Assembly: GCA_050951765.1 (NCBI GenBank)
Contig: JBMNJR010000003.1
Location: 188 to 64,187, forward strand
From: a bacterium
GTDB lineage: Bacteria; Bacillota; DTU030; JBMNJR01
Direction of reading: 5' to 3'
DNA: 64,000 bases
The notes under the pieces were generated by a model, which worked only from the letters and a program-made list of their open reading frames with translations, was not told where the DNA came from and made no database searches. This document shows, in pieces, positions 29,405-37,591 of this stretch; position 1 is the first letter of the stretch, and each line of letters begins with the position of its first letter. The translations under genes were made by a program, and so were the position numbers.

Positions 29405-29511
29405 CCTAGGTCAACTCCTTTATTTTAATACATCCGTAGTAGCGGTATAAAATAAATGACCATAGACGTTAAGTCTTGGCCACATAATTCCAAGGACGCC
29501 CATCCCTCCCC

Positions 29512-29708
29512 GGTCGTGAGATAGCGCTCCACCGGATTTTAGGGGTCAAATCCGGTGACAGTCCTACACTTTTTCAATGTAGACCCAGCTAAAGGGACAG
29601 GAGCAACATTCCCTCTAACTTCGGCGGAACTCCCTTTTACCGGCAATCATCAATGCCCTTTTCCTAGCCGGCTACTCTTGAGTGACCGCTCCTCTACCTC
29701 ACCTCTTA
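29512..29708 (-). ncRNA. Lysine riboswitch (L-box) in the lysA 5' leader
   Basis: The minus-strand leader matches the B. subtilis lysC L-box in several blocks: AGAGGTGAGG...TCAAGAGTAGCC...AAAAGGGAG..CCGCCGAAG...GGACTGTCACC...GGTGGAGCGCTATCTCAC, against AGAGGTGCG, TCAAGAGTATGCC, GGGGAGCGTCGCCGAAG, GGCTGTCA and TGGAGGGCTATCTC. Confidence 0.8.
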
Positions 29709-29753
29709 CGCAAGAGATGAGGTAAATTATTAATTTTTATAATTTGATATATT

Positions 29754-30800
29754 TTAACATGGGGCAATTTTTGTGTCAACTGCTTTTCCGTACCGAGAAC
29801 CTAATACTGTCTTGATCGTAGTATCTACATTCCAACGTTCACAACGACCTCCCCAACGGGCACAGACTTGACCGTCGGCACTGATTTGCAGAATCTCACA
29901 GCTATTGGGGCAATGGGAACAGGTAAAACCGGTAACTTGGTAGTTTAAATTACTGACAGAAAAACCTTTAAATTGACTTTTACGATTTCTTGTTGCTCGC
30001 TTGGCTAATAGGGCAGCTCCCAAAGCTCCCATAACATTATGATGTGGCGGAACTTGAATCGAAAACCCCAGTGCCCGCTCGAAAGCTAATTTCATACCTA
30101 GGTTATTGGCAACGCCTCCTTGAAACAAGACCGGTGCTTGAATATCTTTTCCTTTCGCAACATTGGCCAAATAATTTCTCACCAGCGCCTCACACAAACC
30201 ATAAATCAAATCTTCTACCTTATGGCCCAATTGTTGTTTATGAATCATATCCGATTCTGCAAAAACTGCACACCTGCCAGCAATTTGCACCGACAAAGTA
30301 GCATTCTGAGCCAGTTTCCCAAATTCCTCTATGGGTATATTGAGCCGGGCAGCCTGCCGATCCAAAAAGGAGCCAGTTCCAGCTGCGCAAACAGTATTCA
30401 TGGCAAAATCGCTCACAACACCTCTGCGCAGTAAAATGATTTTTGAATCTTGCCCACCGATCTCGATCACAGTTTTCACTTGTGGTTCTATTTTTAAAGC
30501 AGCAACAGCATGGGCAGTTATCTCATTTTTAATCACATCTGCGCCCACAATTGCCCCTGCCAAACGGCGACCGCTGCCAGTAGCCCCAACACCAATAACT
30601 TGGCAATCTTCCCATCGTTTAGCCATAATAGATAAGCCTTCCTGCAATACTTGCAGCGGACGCCCTTGTGTCTTTAGGTATAATGAATCTCTAACCTCTC
30701 CTTCTTTGTCCACAACAACTAAATTAGTACTGACAGAACCCACGTCAATACCTAATAATATTTTCATTAGACAACCTCCCTTTGCCAAATTCCGCATCAT
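29754..30800 (-). CDS. HgdC-type CoA-substrate-specific enzyme activase (BadF/BadG/BcrA/BcrD ATPase family) with a C-terminal Cys-rich tail
   Basis: KILLGIDVGSVSTN is the ASKHA phosphate-1 motif. NTVCAAGTGSFLD and IAGRCAVFAESD match the two cluster-ligating Cys regions of activases. The extra C-terminus is FTCSHCPNSC...C......C. The ATG overlaps the spoVAF stop (ATGA). Confidence 0.6.
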   Translation of the reverse strand: MMRNLAKGGCLMKILLGIDVGSVSTNLVVVDKEGEVRDSLYLKTQGRPLQVLQEGLSIMAKRWEDCQVIGVGATGSGRRLAGAIVGADVIKNEITAHAVAALKIEPQVKTVIEIGGQDSKIILLRRGVVSDFAMNTVCAAGTGSFLDRQAARLNIPIEEFGKLAQNATLSVQIAGRCAVFAESDMIHKQQLGHKVEDLIYGLCEALVRNYLANVAKGKDIQAPVLFQGGVANNLGMKLAFERALGFSIQVPPHHNVMGALGAALLAKRATRNRKSQFKGFSVSNLNYQVTGFTCSHCPNSCEILQISADGQVCARWGGRCERWNVDTTIKTVLGSRYGKAVDTKIAPC

Positions 30801-32257
30801 TCGCCCTGCTCATCCGGTAAACGCCTTGAATCTAACGGATTTAAAAAGCTGGGGCGACTGGCTTTAATGGGTACCGGTCTGCGCAGAATAATATCAAGCA
30901 TTGCCTTGCCGTTGAAAGGAATTAAAGGCCACAAATAAGGCACATTAAATGACTTAGTTTTAAGTAAGAGCAGGGCAAATAGCACCAAACCTCCAATTAA
31001 CCCGGGCAAATGAAATAAGCCCACGGATAAAAGCAAAAACAAACGTACTAATCTGATGGCTAAACCAAATTCATAACTAGGAGTGGCAAATGTGCCAACC
31101 GCAGCAATGGCCATGTACAAAATTATTTCACCGGTAAATAGCCCAACCTTGATCGCGATATCGCCGATCATAAAAGCAGCTATAATACCTAAGGCTGTAG
31201 CTAAAGATGAAGGTGTATGAATTGCCGCCATTCGCACCAGATCCACACCTAATTCGGCTAAAAACAACTGCACAATGATTGGTACCGGTGTTGTTTCCTG
31301 CGGGCCAATAAACGATAATTCCGGAGGTAGGAGAGTTGGTTCCAAAACAAAGAGCAGCCAAAGGGGGGTTACTAATAATGATAATAATAAACCAAAATAA
31401 CGAACCCACCGTAAATATCCGCCTACCACTGCATTCTGTCTGTACTCTTCTGCATGCTGAACATGATGAAAAATTGTAACCGGCGCAATAATAACACTGG
31501 GAGAAGTGTCTACCATAACCAATACATGTCCTTCCAAAAGATGAATGGCAGCTACATCAGGCCGCTCAGTGTAACGAACTTGGGGGAAGGGGTTCCAAGT
31601 GCCTAAGGTGAGAAATTCTTCAATTGTTTTTTCTGCCATTGGTAGCCCATCGATCTCAATTTTTTTGATCCTTTCTTTTATTACGTCAACTACACCTGGG
31701 TTAGCAATATCTTTGATATATAATAAAGCAATATCACTTACCGACCGCTTCCCAACCCGCAGTAATTCCACCCGCAGCGCAGGATCCCTAATGCGCCGTC
31801 TCAGCAACGCAGTGTTATATACCAATGTTTCAGTAAAACCGTCCCGCGAACCTCGACTCACCCTTTCGATATCAGGCTCATCCGGGCCTCGGGCCGGATA
31901 CTCACGGGTATCGATTATTATTGCTTCCACTTCACCCTCTATTAAAAGAGCTACCGGCCCGGCTAAAACATTGTGGATAACGTCATCCAGCAAATTAACC
32001 TTTTCTACTTCAAAATAAGGTATACACTTTTTATATATTTTTTCCACCGGATCAGGCACAATATCTTCCCGGCCAAGATGCAGAAGGAATTCCAATATAA
32101 AGAGAAAATCATCCTTTACAAAACCATCAATGAAAACAAAGGCTGCCCTTTTGCCGCCAATTTCCACTTCCCGTACAATAACATCAAAACTTTCCCCTAT
32201 ACCCAGTTGTTCTCCCAGATATGAAAGATTATCTGATAATTTTTTCTCTACATGCAA
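30797..32257 (-). CDS. spoVAF: Stage V sporulation protein AF (GerA-family A-subunit paralog)
   Basis: 486 aa with a GerAA-like N-terminal soluble domain and a C-terminal membrane domain. It is the last canonical spoVA gene and precedes lysA, as in B. subtilis. Confidence 0.7.
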   Translation of the reverse strand: MHVEKKLSDNLSYLGEQLGIGESFDVIVREVEIGGKRAAFVFIDGFVKDDFLFILEFLLHLGREDIVPDPVEKIYKKCIPYFEVEKVNLLDDVIHNVLAGPVALLIEGEVEAIIIDTREYPARGPDEPDIERVSRGSRDGFTETLVYNTALLRRRIRDPALRVELLRVGKRSVSDIALLYIKDIANPGVVDVIKERIKKIEIDGLPMAEKTIEEFLTLGTWNPFPQVRYTERPDVAAIHLLEGHVLVMVDTSPSVIIAPVTIFHHVQHAEEYRQNAVVGGYLRWVRYFGLLLSLLVTPLWLLFVLEPTLLPPELSFIGPQETTPVPIIVQLFLAELGVDLVRMAAIHTPSSLATALGIIAAFMIGDIAIKVGLFTGEIILYMAIAAVGTFATPSYEFGLAIRLVRLFLLLSVGLFHLPGLIGGLVLFALLLLKTKSFNVPYLWPLIPFNGKAMLDIILRRPVPIKASRPSFLNPLDSRRLPDEQGE

Positions 32258-32286
32258 AATCTAATACTCCTTTCGCAGGAAAAGTT

Positions 32287-32676
32287 CTAAAATAATCGCC
32301 AGGTAGCAATGACAAAAGAGAGCCACAAGAAACGCCTTGCCACAACTACCATAGGATTAACTAAACTTGCCAATGGGTTTAAAATCACTCTGCTTTTGTC
32401 TTTCTTTTGGCGGCCACCCCTATATTGCGATATTAAATAACAAAGGACAGGCCCCAGATAAATGGCAAATAGCTTCGCTAGAGTATTTTCAGCTACCTGG
32501 GTGAAGCCAAAAGCCCCTCCGATTGTCATTGTCAGCACTTCAGCTTTTAATAATACTGTTACCAAGAAACTACATACAACTTGTAGCATTGTTAATAATA
32601 CAGTATATTGCAAGTATGATGGCCCCACCAAAAGCCATGTTAAAATCAAACCAACCATATCTATTTGAATAACCAT
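32287..32676 (-). CDS. Hypothetical polytopic membrane protein, 129 aa, inserted between spoVAEb and spoVAF
   Basis: Four predicted transmembrane segments. No family recognised. It occupies the slot where Bacilli carry the soluble spoVAEa gene. Confidence 0.45.
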   Translation of the reverse strand: MVIQIDMVGLILTWLLVGPSYLQYTVLLTMLQVVCSFLVTVLLKAEVLTMTIGGAFGFTQVAENTLAKLFAIYLGPVLCYLISQYRGGRQKKDKSRVILNPLASLVNPMVVVARRFLWLSFVIATWRLF

Positions 32677-32710
32677 TTAACCATTTTATCCTCCAGTAAA
32701 TTCATTTACA

Positions 32711-33070
32711 TCAACTCTTAGGATTAAATAACAAGGATATAAGCAAACCCAGCACAACAGCTGCTGCTACTCCTACACTGGCGTTCTCCAAAACGCCACT
32801 GAAAATGCCCCAAAAGCCATTGGCATCCACTTCTTTCATGACACCACTGGCCAACGAATGCCCAAAACCCGGTAAAGGAATGGTTGCCCCGGCGCCTCCA
32901 ATTTTAACAATTTGTTCATATATGCCCAAACCGCTCAGGATAGCGCCACTGGTAACAAATAAAACTAAGATGTGCGCAGAGGTTAAAGAGGTTAAATCCA
33001 TTAGTAATTGCCCCAGCATACATATGGCTCCCCCCACCAAAAAAGCAAATAAATAATCCAAGCAATTCAC
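32711..33070 (-). CDS. spoVAE: Stage V sporulation protein AE (AEb-type membrane subunit)
   Basis: 119 aa, paralogous to SpoVAC (GIYEQIVKIGGAGATIPLPGFGHSL). Confidence 0.75.
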   Translation of the reverse strand: MNCLDYLFAFLVGGAICMLGQLLMDLTSLTSAHILVLFVTSGAILSGLGIYEQIVKIGGAGATIPLPGFGHSLASGVMKEVDANGFWGIFSGVLENASVGVAAAVVLGLLISLLFNPKS

Positions 33071-33076
33071 TCTCCC

Positions 33077-34099
33077 TTATAAATTCTTTTCTATTGCTAC
33101 CGCATGGGCTATTGCAGGTATGGTCTCCCCTTGTTGATATGTAGTTGGACTCAATAATGCTCCTGTACAAACTAATAAAACACGCTGAAATTGTTGGCCT
33201 TCTTCTAATAATGGATAGAAATAGGCTGAAAACACCGCTGCCGAACACCCGCACCCGCTGCCACCGGCTTGGGTATCCGGATCCGGATTGTAGATAATTA
33301 CACCACAGTCCGTATAGCGCCCGGATAAATCATATCCTTCTTTGGCCAGCATTTCCTGTGCCAAGGTTTTTCCTACGCTGGCCAAATCTCCGGTAGCAAT
33401 AAGATCATAATAATCCGGTCTCCTCCCTGTATCCTGAAAATGTTGCATTATTGTGTGTACTGCAGCAGGTGCCATGGCAGTACCCATATCCATAGGGTCA
33501 TTAATTCCCATATCAACAACCTTACCTACTGTAGCCGCAGTTAGGTATGGACCTTTACCGTTTTGGTCCAAAATAACTGCAGCCGCACCTGTTACGGTCC
33601 GCTGTGCCGTAGGGGGACGTTGCACGCCTAGTTCCAGGGGATAACGGAATTGCCTCTCTACAGCTTGGTAATGGCTGCTGGATCCCACAATGACCCGCCG
33701 GGCAAAACCGCCATCAACAACCATCCCGGCTAAACCTAAACCTTCGGCAAAAGTTGAACATGCTCCAAACAGCCCGTAAAAAGGAACTGGTATCTCCCTT
33801 GCAGCAAAATTGGATGCGGTAATCTGATTTAATAAGTCGCCGCTAAACATAAAATCAATTTGATCAAATGTATAACTAGACTTTTGTAAAACTAACTGTA
33901 CTGATTCTAAGAGTAGTTTACTTTCGGCCTTTTCCCAACTGCTTTCTCCGTACAACGGATCTTGTATCACCTGATCAAAATAATTGCCTAAGGGGCCTTC
34001 ACCTTCCTTTTTGCCTACTATGGATGCAGTGGCAATAATAGATGGTGGATTTGAATAAAGGACAGTACTACGACCCACCTTTTTTCCGTTCAATGTCAA
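33077..34099 (-). CDS. spoVAD: Stage V sporulation protein AD (thiolase/KAS-like fold, DPA binding)
   Basis: MTLNGKKVGRSTVLYSNPPSIIATASIVGKKEGEGPLGNYFD is a canonical SpoVAD N-terminus. Confidence 0.9.
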   Translation of the reverse strand: MTLNGKKVGRSTVLYSNPPSIIATASIVGKKEGEGPLGNYFDQVIQDPLYGESSWEKAESKLLLESVQLVLQKSSYTFDQIDFMFSGDLLNQITASNFAAREIPVPFYGLFGACSTFAEGLGLAGMVVDGGFARRVIVGSSSHYQAVERQFRYPLELGVQRPPTAQRTVTGAAAVILDQNGKGPYLTAATVGKVVDMGINDPMDMGTAMAPAAVHTIMQHFQDTGRRPDYYDLIATGDLASVGKTLAQEMLAKEGYDLSGRYTDCGVIIYNPDPDTQAGGSGCGCSAAVFSAYFYPLLEEGQQFQRVLLVCTGALLSPTTYQQGETIPAIAHAVAIEKNL

Positions 34100-34106
34100 C
34101 CCCTCC

Positions 34107-34556
34107 CTATCTATGCAAAAGCCAATATATCAAACCGACCAACCAGGCACTGGTCATCCCATAGACTAAAACCGGCCCGGCAATGGTGAACATCCTCGCT
34201 CCAACTCCCATAACATATCCTTCCCGTTTAAAATCCATTGCCGGAGCAACTATGGAATTTGCAAAACCAGTGATCGGCACCACAGAACCAGCTCCGGCAA
34301 AACGCCCAATCTTATCATAAATGCCGAGTCCGGTCAAAATTGCTCCCAAAAAAATCATTACCGCAGCCGTCGGCCCACCGGCCGCTTGTTGGTCCATACC
34401 TAGAGAGATAAAAAAATTTAAGACTGCCTGGCCTAATGTGCTAATTAAGCCGCCTACAATAAAAGAAACAAGCAAATTACGGCCTAGTGGTGGGCGCGGT
34501 TTGCGCCAATTGGCCCATTGCTTGTATTGCTCCTGTTCTTTTGTTAGCTTTGCCAT
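34107..34556 (-). CDS. spoVAC: Stage V sporulation protein AC
   Basis: MAKLTKEQEQYKQW...GIYDKIGRFAGAGSVVPITGFANSIV is the SpoVAC signature. The start was moved to MAKLTK. Confidence 0.85.
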   Translation of the reverse strand: MAKLTKEQEQYKQWANWRKPRPPLGRNLLVSFIVGGLISTLGQAVLNFFISLGMDQQAAGGPTAAVMIFLGAILTGLGIYDKIGRFAGAGSVVPITGFANSIVAPAMDFKREGYVMGVGARMFTIAGPVLVYGMTSAWLVGLIYWLLHR

Positions 34557-34611
34557 TTCTTTCTCACCTCGTACAAGGTTATTATCACACAAAATAACCA
34601 CTTTCATACAA

Positions 34612-34650
34612 GCATGGAAAAAGAGCACCAGTACGGTGCTCTTTACAAAA
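34612..34650 (-). terminator. Strong intrinsic terminator immediately after the dodecin gene, inside the spoVA gene array
   Basis: Minus strand TAA-TTTTTTGTAAAGAGCACCGTACTGGTGCTCTTTTTCC: a 7-10-bp GC-rich stem, a 5-nt loop and a U-tract starting 3 nt after the stop codon. Confidence 0.6.
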
Positions 34651-34652
34651 AA

Positions 34653-34877
34653 TTACAGTCCCGCTTTCGTAGTTGTATGTTCTACTGGGAATGCAACCTT
34701 TACATCTGCCTTATATTCCACAATCCGGCCATTTTCAACATTGGCAGTTAAGTTATACACTTCAACACCGGTAATACCTCTTATGGTAGCAGATGCCTCA
34801 CGAACTGCAACTTCCACTGCATCTTGCCAACTCCGCGGCGATTCACCAACTACCTCAATCACTTTAACCACAGTCAT
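34653..34877 (-). CDS. Dodecin family flavin-binding protein, 74 aa
   Basis: MTVVKVIEVVGESPRSWQDAVEVAVREASATIRGITGVEVYNL...EYKADVKVAFPVE matches the dodecin pattern (VxKVIELVGxS...A..A...A..T.R......V.......G...EY...V.VxF.vE). Its own AGGAGG ribosome-binding site sits 8 nt upstream. Confidence 0.8.
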   Translation of the reverse strand: MTVVKVIEVVGESPRSWQDAVEVAVREASATIRGITGVEVYNLTANVENGRIVEYKADVKVAFPVEHTTTKAGL

Positions 34878-34972
34878 TTTGTGTATACCTCCTATAGTTT
34901 AATTATTGAAGATGCAATATTTTGTTATTCCCACCCCTTTCTACGATTGTACAACAGTAATTACAATTATTA

Positions 34973-35395
34973 TTATCGTTCCAAAATAATCCATTGGAGC
35001 AATGAACCCATAACTTTTCCCAGTATCAGGGCGGCAGCAATTTTACCGGTATGCGATAGTAGTTGTAAACGACGGGCCAATACCGGCAGTACATTCAATA
35101 CCTCCGCTAAAGCTGCTGCCACCAATCCAATAAAAACACCTGCAGAAAACCCAACAAGTAAAACTGGGAGCAGTCCTAATTGTACTCGTATAGTAAAAAA
35201 ATAGATAAAACTTCCTAACATTGCGCCACTCAATAGCGCTATTTCACTAACAAATACATATTTTTGATTTTGCGTCAATTGCAACAGGCGGGGGACTAAA
35301 TCCAAGATCGTGATAAAGGCTGCAAGGGCGCCTCCTACAGCTACTCCTTGCGCCATTCCGATTATTACTAACAAACTTGCATACATTAATCCCAA
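34973..35395 (-). CDS. spoVAB: Stage V sporulation protein AB
   Basis: 140-aa membrane protein between spoVAA and spoVAC; its start overlaps the spoVAA stop by 10 nt. Confidence 0.6.
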   Translation of the reverse strand: MGLMYASLLVIIGMAQGVAVGGALAAFITILDLVPRLLQLTQNQKYVFVSEIALLSGAMLGSFIYFFTIRVQLGLLPVLLVGFSAGVFIGLVAAALAEVLNVLPVLARRLQLLSHTGKIAAALILGKVMGSLLQWIILER

Positions 35396-36039
35396 TCTGG
35401 AACCGCCTCCACTGCTTCAGGTAAAACCTGTGCCTGTTCCTGTCGATCCCGCAAGTATTGGTTGATATTTTTTTCATATAGATGCATCTCAATTTCCAAA
35501 GGGCTTGGCTCACTGCCCCCCAATTTCTTACCTATGTGATTAAAAAACAATAACATACCTGCTCCTATTCCCAATGAATAACTGACAGGTAGAATCAATG
35601 ACTGCATATTATCTTTTCCCGTCAAAAAGAAGTATAGTTTCCGGTGTGTTTCCGCCATATTTACATCATTGTGGAAGCTAATAATAGTAAGAGCAGATCC
35701 AATGAATAACAATAAACATACCAGTGTCAATAGTAATACTTGATTCCCTCGCCTTTGCTGATCATTGATAACCTCAACAATTACATCTAAATCGCCTAAT
35801 GGATAAACAACAACACCGGGACACTCCCGTTGAATGAAAGTTAAAATATCGATCCCAGCAATCACTTTACACCTGCCAATTTGTTTCTTAATCTGTAAAA
35901 ACGGTGCGTGCATTATTCTTTCCAATCCTTCGCTGGTAGTTCGATAGTCCAATAGTTCTGCCAAAGATATAACCTTCTCCGGTAATACTGCAATTTTGCC
36001 TTTACCTTTGATAAAAATTCTTGCGGTATCATAATCCAT
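35386..36039 (-). CDS. spoVAA: Stage V sporulation protein AA
   Basis: 217 aa, first gene after the spoIIA operon; soluble N-terminal domain plus two transmembrane segments, as in SpoVAA. Confidence 0.6.
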   Translation of the reverse strand: MDYDTARIFIKGKGKIAVLPEKVISLAELLDYRTTSEGLERIMHAPFLQIKKQIGRCKVIAGIDILTFIQRECPGVVVYPLGDLDVIVEVINDQQRRGNQVLLLTLVCLLLFIGSALTIISFHNDVNMAETHRKLYFFLTGKDNMQSLILPVSYSLGIGAGMLLFFNHIGKKLGGSEPSPLEIEMHLYEKNINQYLRDRQEQAQVLPEAVEAVPDWD

Positions 36040-36187
36040 TCAGTTGGTATTCCCCTCTCAATAAATCTGAACGGTAAACCAATTTACCATATGAAGGTTC
36101 CTGCTGCCTCCATATTTTCTGCAGTAGAAACCAACCAAGGACAGCAAGTGTAAGAAATAAAAAAACTATAAAGATAGTTTTTTTCAT
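36029..36187 (-). CDS. Possible small membrane protein (52 aa) between sigF and spoVAA
   Basis: MKKTIFIVFLFLTLAVLGWFLLQKIW... has an AAAGGGG ribosome-binding site 8 nt upstream of the ATG and one transmembrane helix. Its stop overlaps the spoVAA start by 11 nt. Not validated. Confidence 0.3.
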   Translation of the reverse strand: MKKTIFIVFLFLTLAVLGWFLLQKIWRQQEPSYGKLVYRSDLLRGEYQLNGL

Positions 36188-36243
36188 CCCATATTCCCCT
36201 TTCAGCGGCAACAGTAATAGTATAACTCGCCAGATTTTTTTCA

Positions 36244-36279
36244 TGCAAAAACCGCAGGTTAATCATCCTCCCTGCGGTC
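36244..36279 (-). terminator. Intrinsic terminator of the spoIIA operon, overlapping the sigF stop codon
   Basis: Minus strand GACCGCAGGGAGGATGATTAACCTGCGGTTTTTGC: stem CCGCAGG/CCTGCGG plus a U-tract. Confidence 0.6.
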
Positions 36280-37044
36280 TGTATCCAATAATTCTTTCAT
36301 TTGTTTGAGAATCTGTTTTTCCAACCGGGAAATTTGTACCTGCGATAAGCCGAGTATTTTCGCTACTTCTGTTTGGGTTTTATCCTGGAAAAAACGAAGG
36401 AAGATTAGCTGCCGTTCCCGTTTTTTTAATTTTTGTATAACATGTTTCAGCATTACGATATTTAGCCAATCTTGCTCCCCTTCGGCCTGAGCCAACTGAT
36501 CCGAAATGAGAATCGGATCCCCTTCATCTTGATATAATGGTTCAGATAAAGATGTTGGTAGTTGAATTGCATCTAAGGCTGTAGCCACCTCCGCTGCTTC
36601 CATCCCCACTTCCGCTGCCAACTCCTGCAATGTAGGATCCCTGCCTAAACGCTGGGTCAGCGCCTCCGCAGTTCTTCTAATCCGATAAGCGTTTTCCTTT
36701 AAGGAACGGCTAACCCGAATGGGATTATCATCCCGCAAAAAGCGTCTAATTTCTCCAATGATCATTGGAACAGCATATGTGGAAAATTTCACACCGAAAC
36801 TGGTATCAAAATTATCAATGGCCTTAACCAGTCCTATACAACCAACCTGAAATAAATCCTCCTGCTCATACCCCCAAGGGGCGAAGCGTTGAACTACAGT
36901 ACGTACTAATTTTAAATTTGACTCGATCAGCCGTTGTCTAGCCTCCTGATCTCCAGCTTGGGCTTGTTGAATTAAAGCAATGACCTCATCATCCATTAAG
37001 GGGGATATATCCTGCCAATTAAAGTTCACCATGTATCTGGCCAT
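36259..37044 (-). CDS. sigF: RNA polymerase sporulation sigma factor F
   Basis: MARYMVNFNWQD...LVRTVVQRF...FSTYAVPMIIGEIRRFLRD covers sigma-70 regions 2-4 of SigF. Confidence 0.95.
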   Translation of the reverse strand: MARYMVNFNWQDISPLMDDEVIALIQQAQAGDQEARQRLIESNLKLVRTVVQRFAPWGYEQEDLFQVGCIGLVKAIDNFDTSFGVKFSTYAVPMIIGEIRRFLRDDNPIRVSRSLKENAYRIRRTAEALTQRLGRDPTLQELAAEVGMEAAEVATALDAIQLPTSLSEPLYQDEGDPILISDQLAQAEGEQDWLNIVMLKHVIQKLKKRERQLIFLRFFQDKTQTEVAKILGLSQVQISRLEKQILKQMKELLDTDRREDD

Positions 37045-37055
37045 GGTATAACCCC

Positions 37056-37589
37056 CTAATCAGTTAATTTTGGTATTTTTTTGCGCATAATTACCTTCGT
37101 CCCAAGTTTCTGCTTATCGATGGAAAGGTTAGGCTTTTTAATTAATCCTAATCTATACCCCAATAGCTGAATAAAAGAAGAACTCACCTGGCGAGCAGGA
37201 CTATGAGAAGCTGTGGAAACGATAACCTCATCCATGCACTGTTCCATCAGATTAAATCCTATACCTATCCGTTCCTCCGGTTGCGAAGTTTTACCGAACT
37301 GTTTCGCATGCTCTACATCGGATATCCCCTTGCCTTGATCAGTAACGATAATTTCCACATTATGATCAGAAAACAGCCGCACACAAATACTAACTATTCC
37401 CGCAGGATCGCCATTGTAACCATGGACGATGGCATTAGTCACCGCCTCTGATACCGCAGTATTAATATCATCTAAATCTGCCAAAGTTGGATCCAATTGT
37501 CCAACAAAGGCCGCCACAGTTGCCCTGGCAAAGGAAATGTTATTAGATTGGGCTGGGAACTCTAGCTTCATCTGATTTATAATATCCAT
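37056..37589 (-). CDS. spoIIAB: Anti-sigma F factor (serine kinase), with a divergent, extended C-terminus
   Basis: EFPAQSNNISFARATVAAFVGQLDPT...AVSEAVTNAIVHGY... aligns with B. subtilis SpoIIAB through the ATP lid. The last roughly 55 aa do not align, and the protein is 177 aa against about 146. Confidence 0.85.
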   Translation of the reverse strand: MDIINQMKLEFPAQSNNISFARATVAAFVGQLDPTLADLDDINTAVSEAVTNAIVHGYNGDPAGIVSICVRLFSDHNVEIIVTDQGKGISDVEHAKQFGKTSQPEERIGIGFNLMEQCMDEVIVSTASHSPARQVSSSFIQLLGYRLGLIKKPNLSIDKQKLGTKVIMRKKIPKLTD

Positions 37590-37591
37590 TC

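Noticed and set aside
37056-37200. A frameshift explaining the odd SpoIIAB C-terminus.
   Set aside because: Both alternative frames hit stops within 10-15 codons and do not restore a SpoIIAB-like tail.
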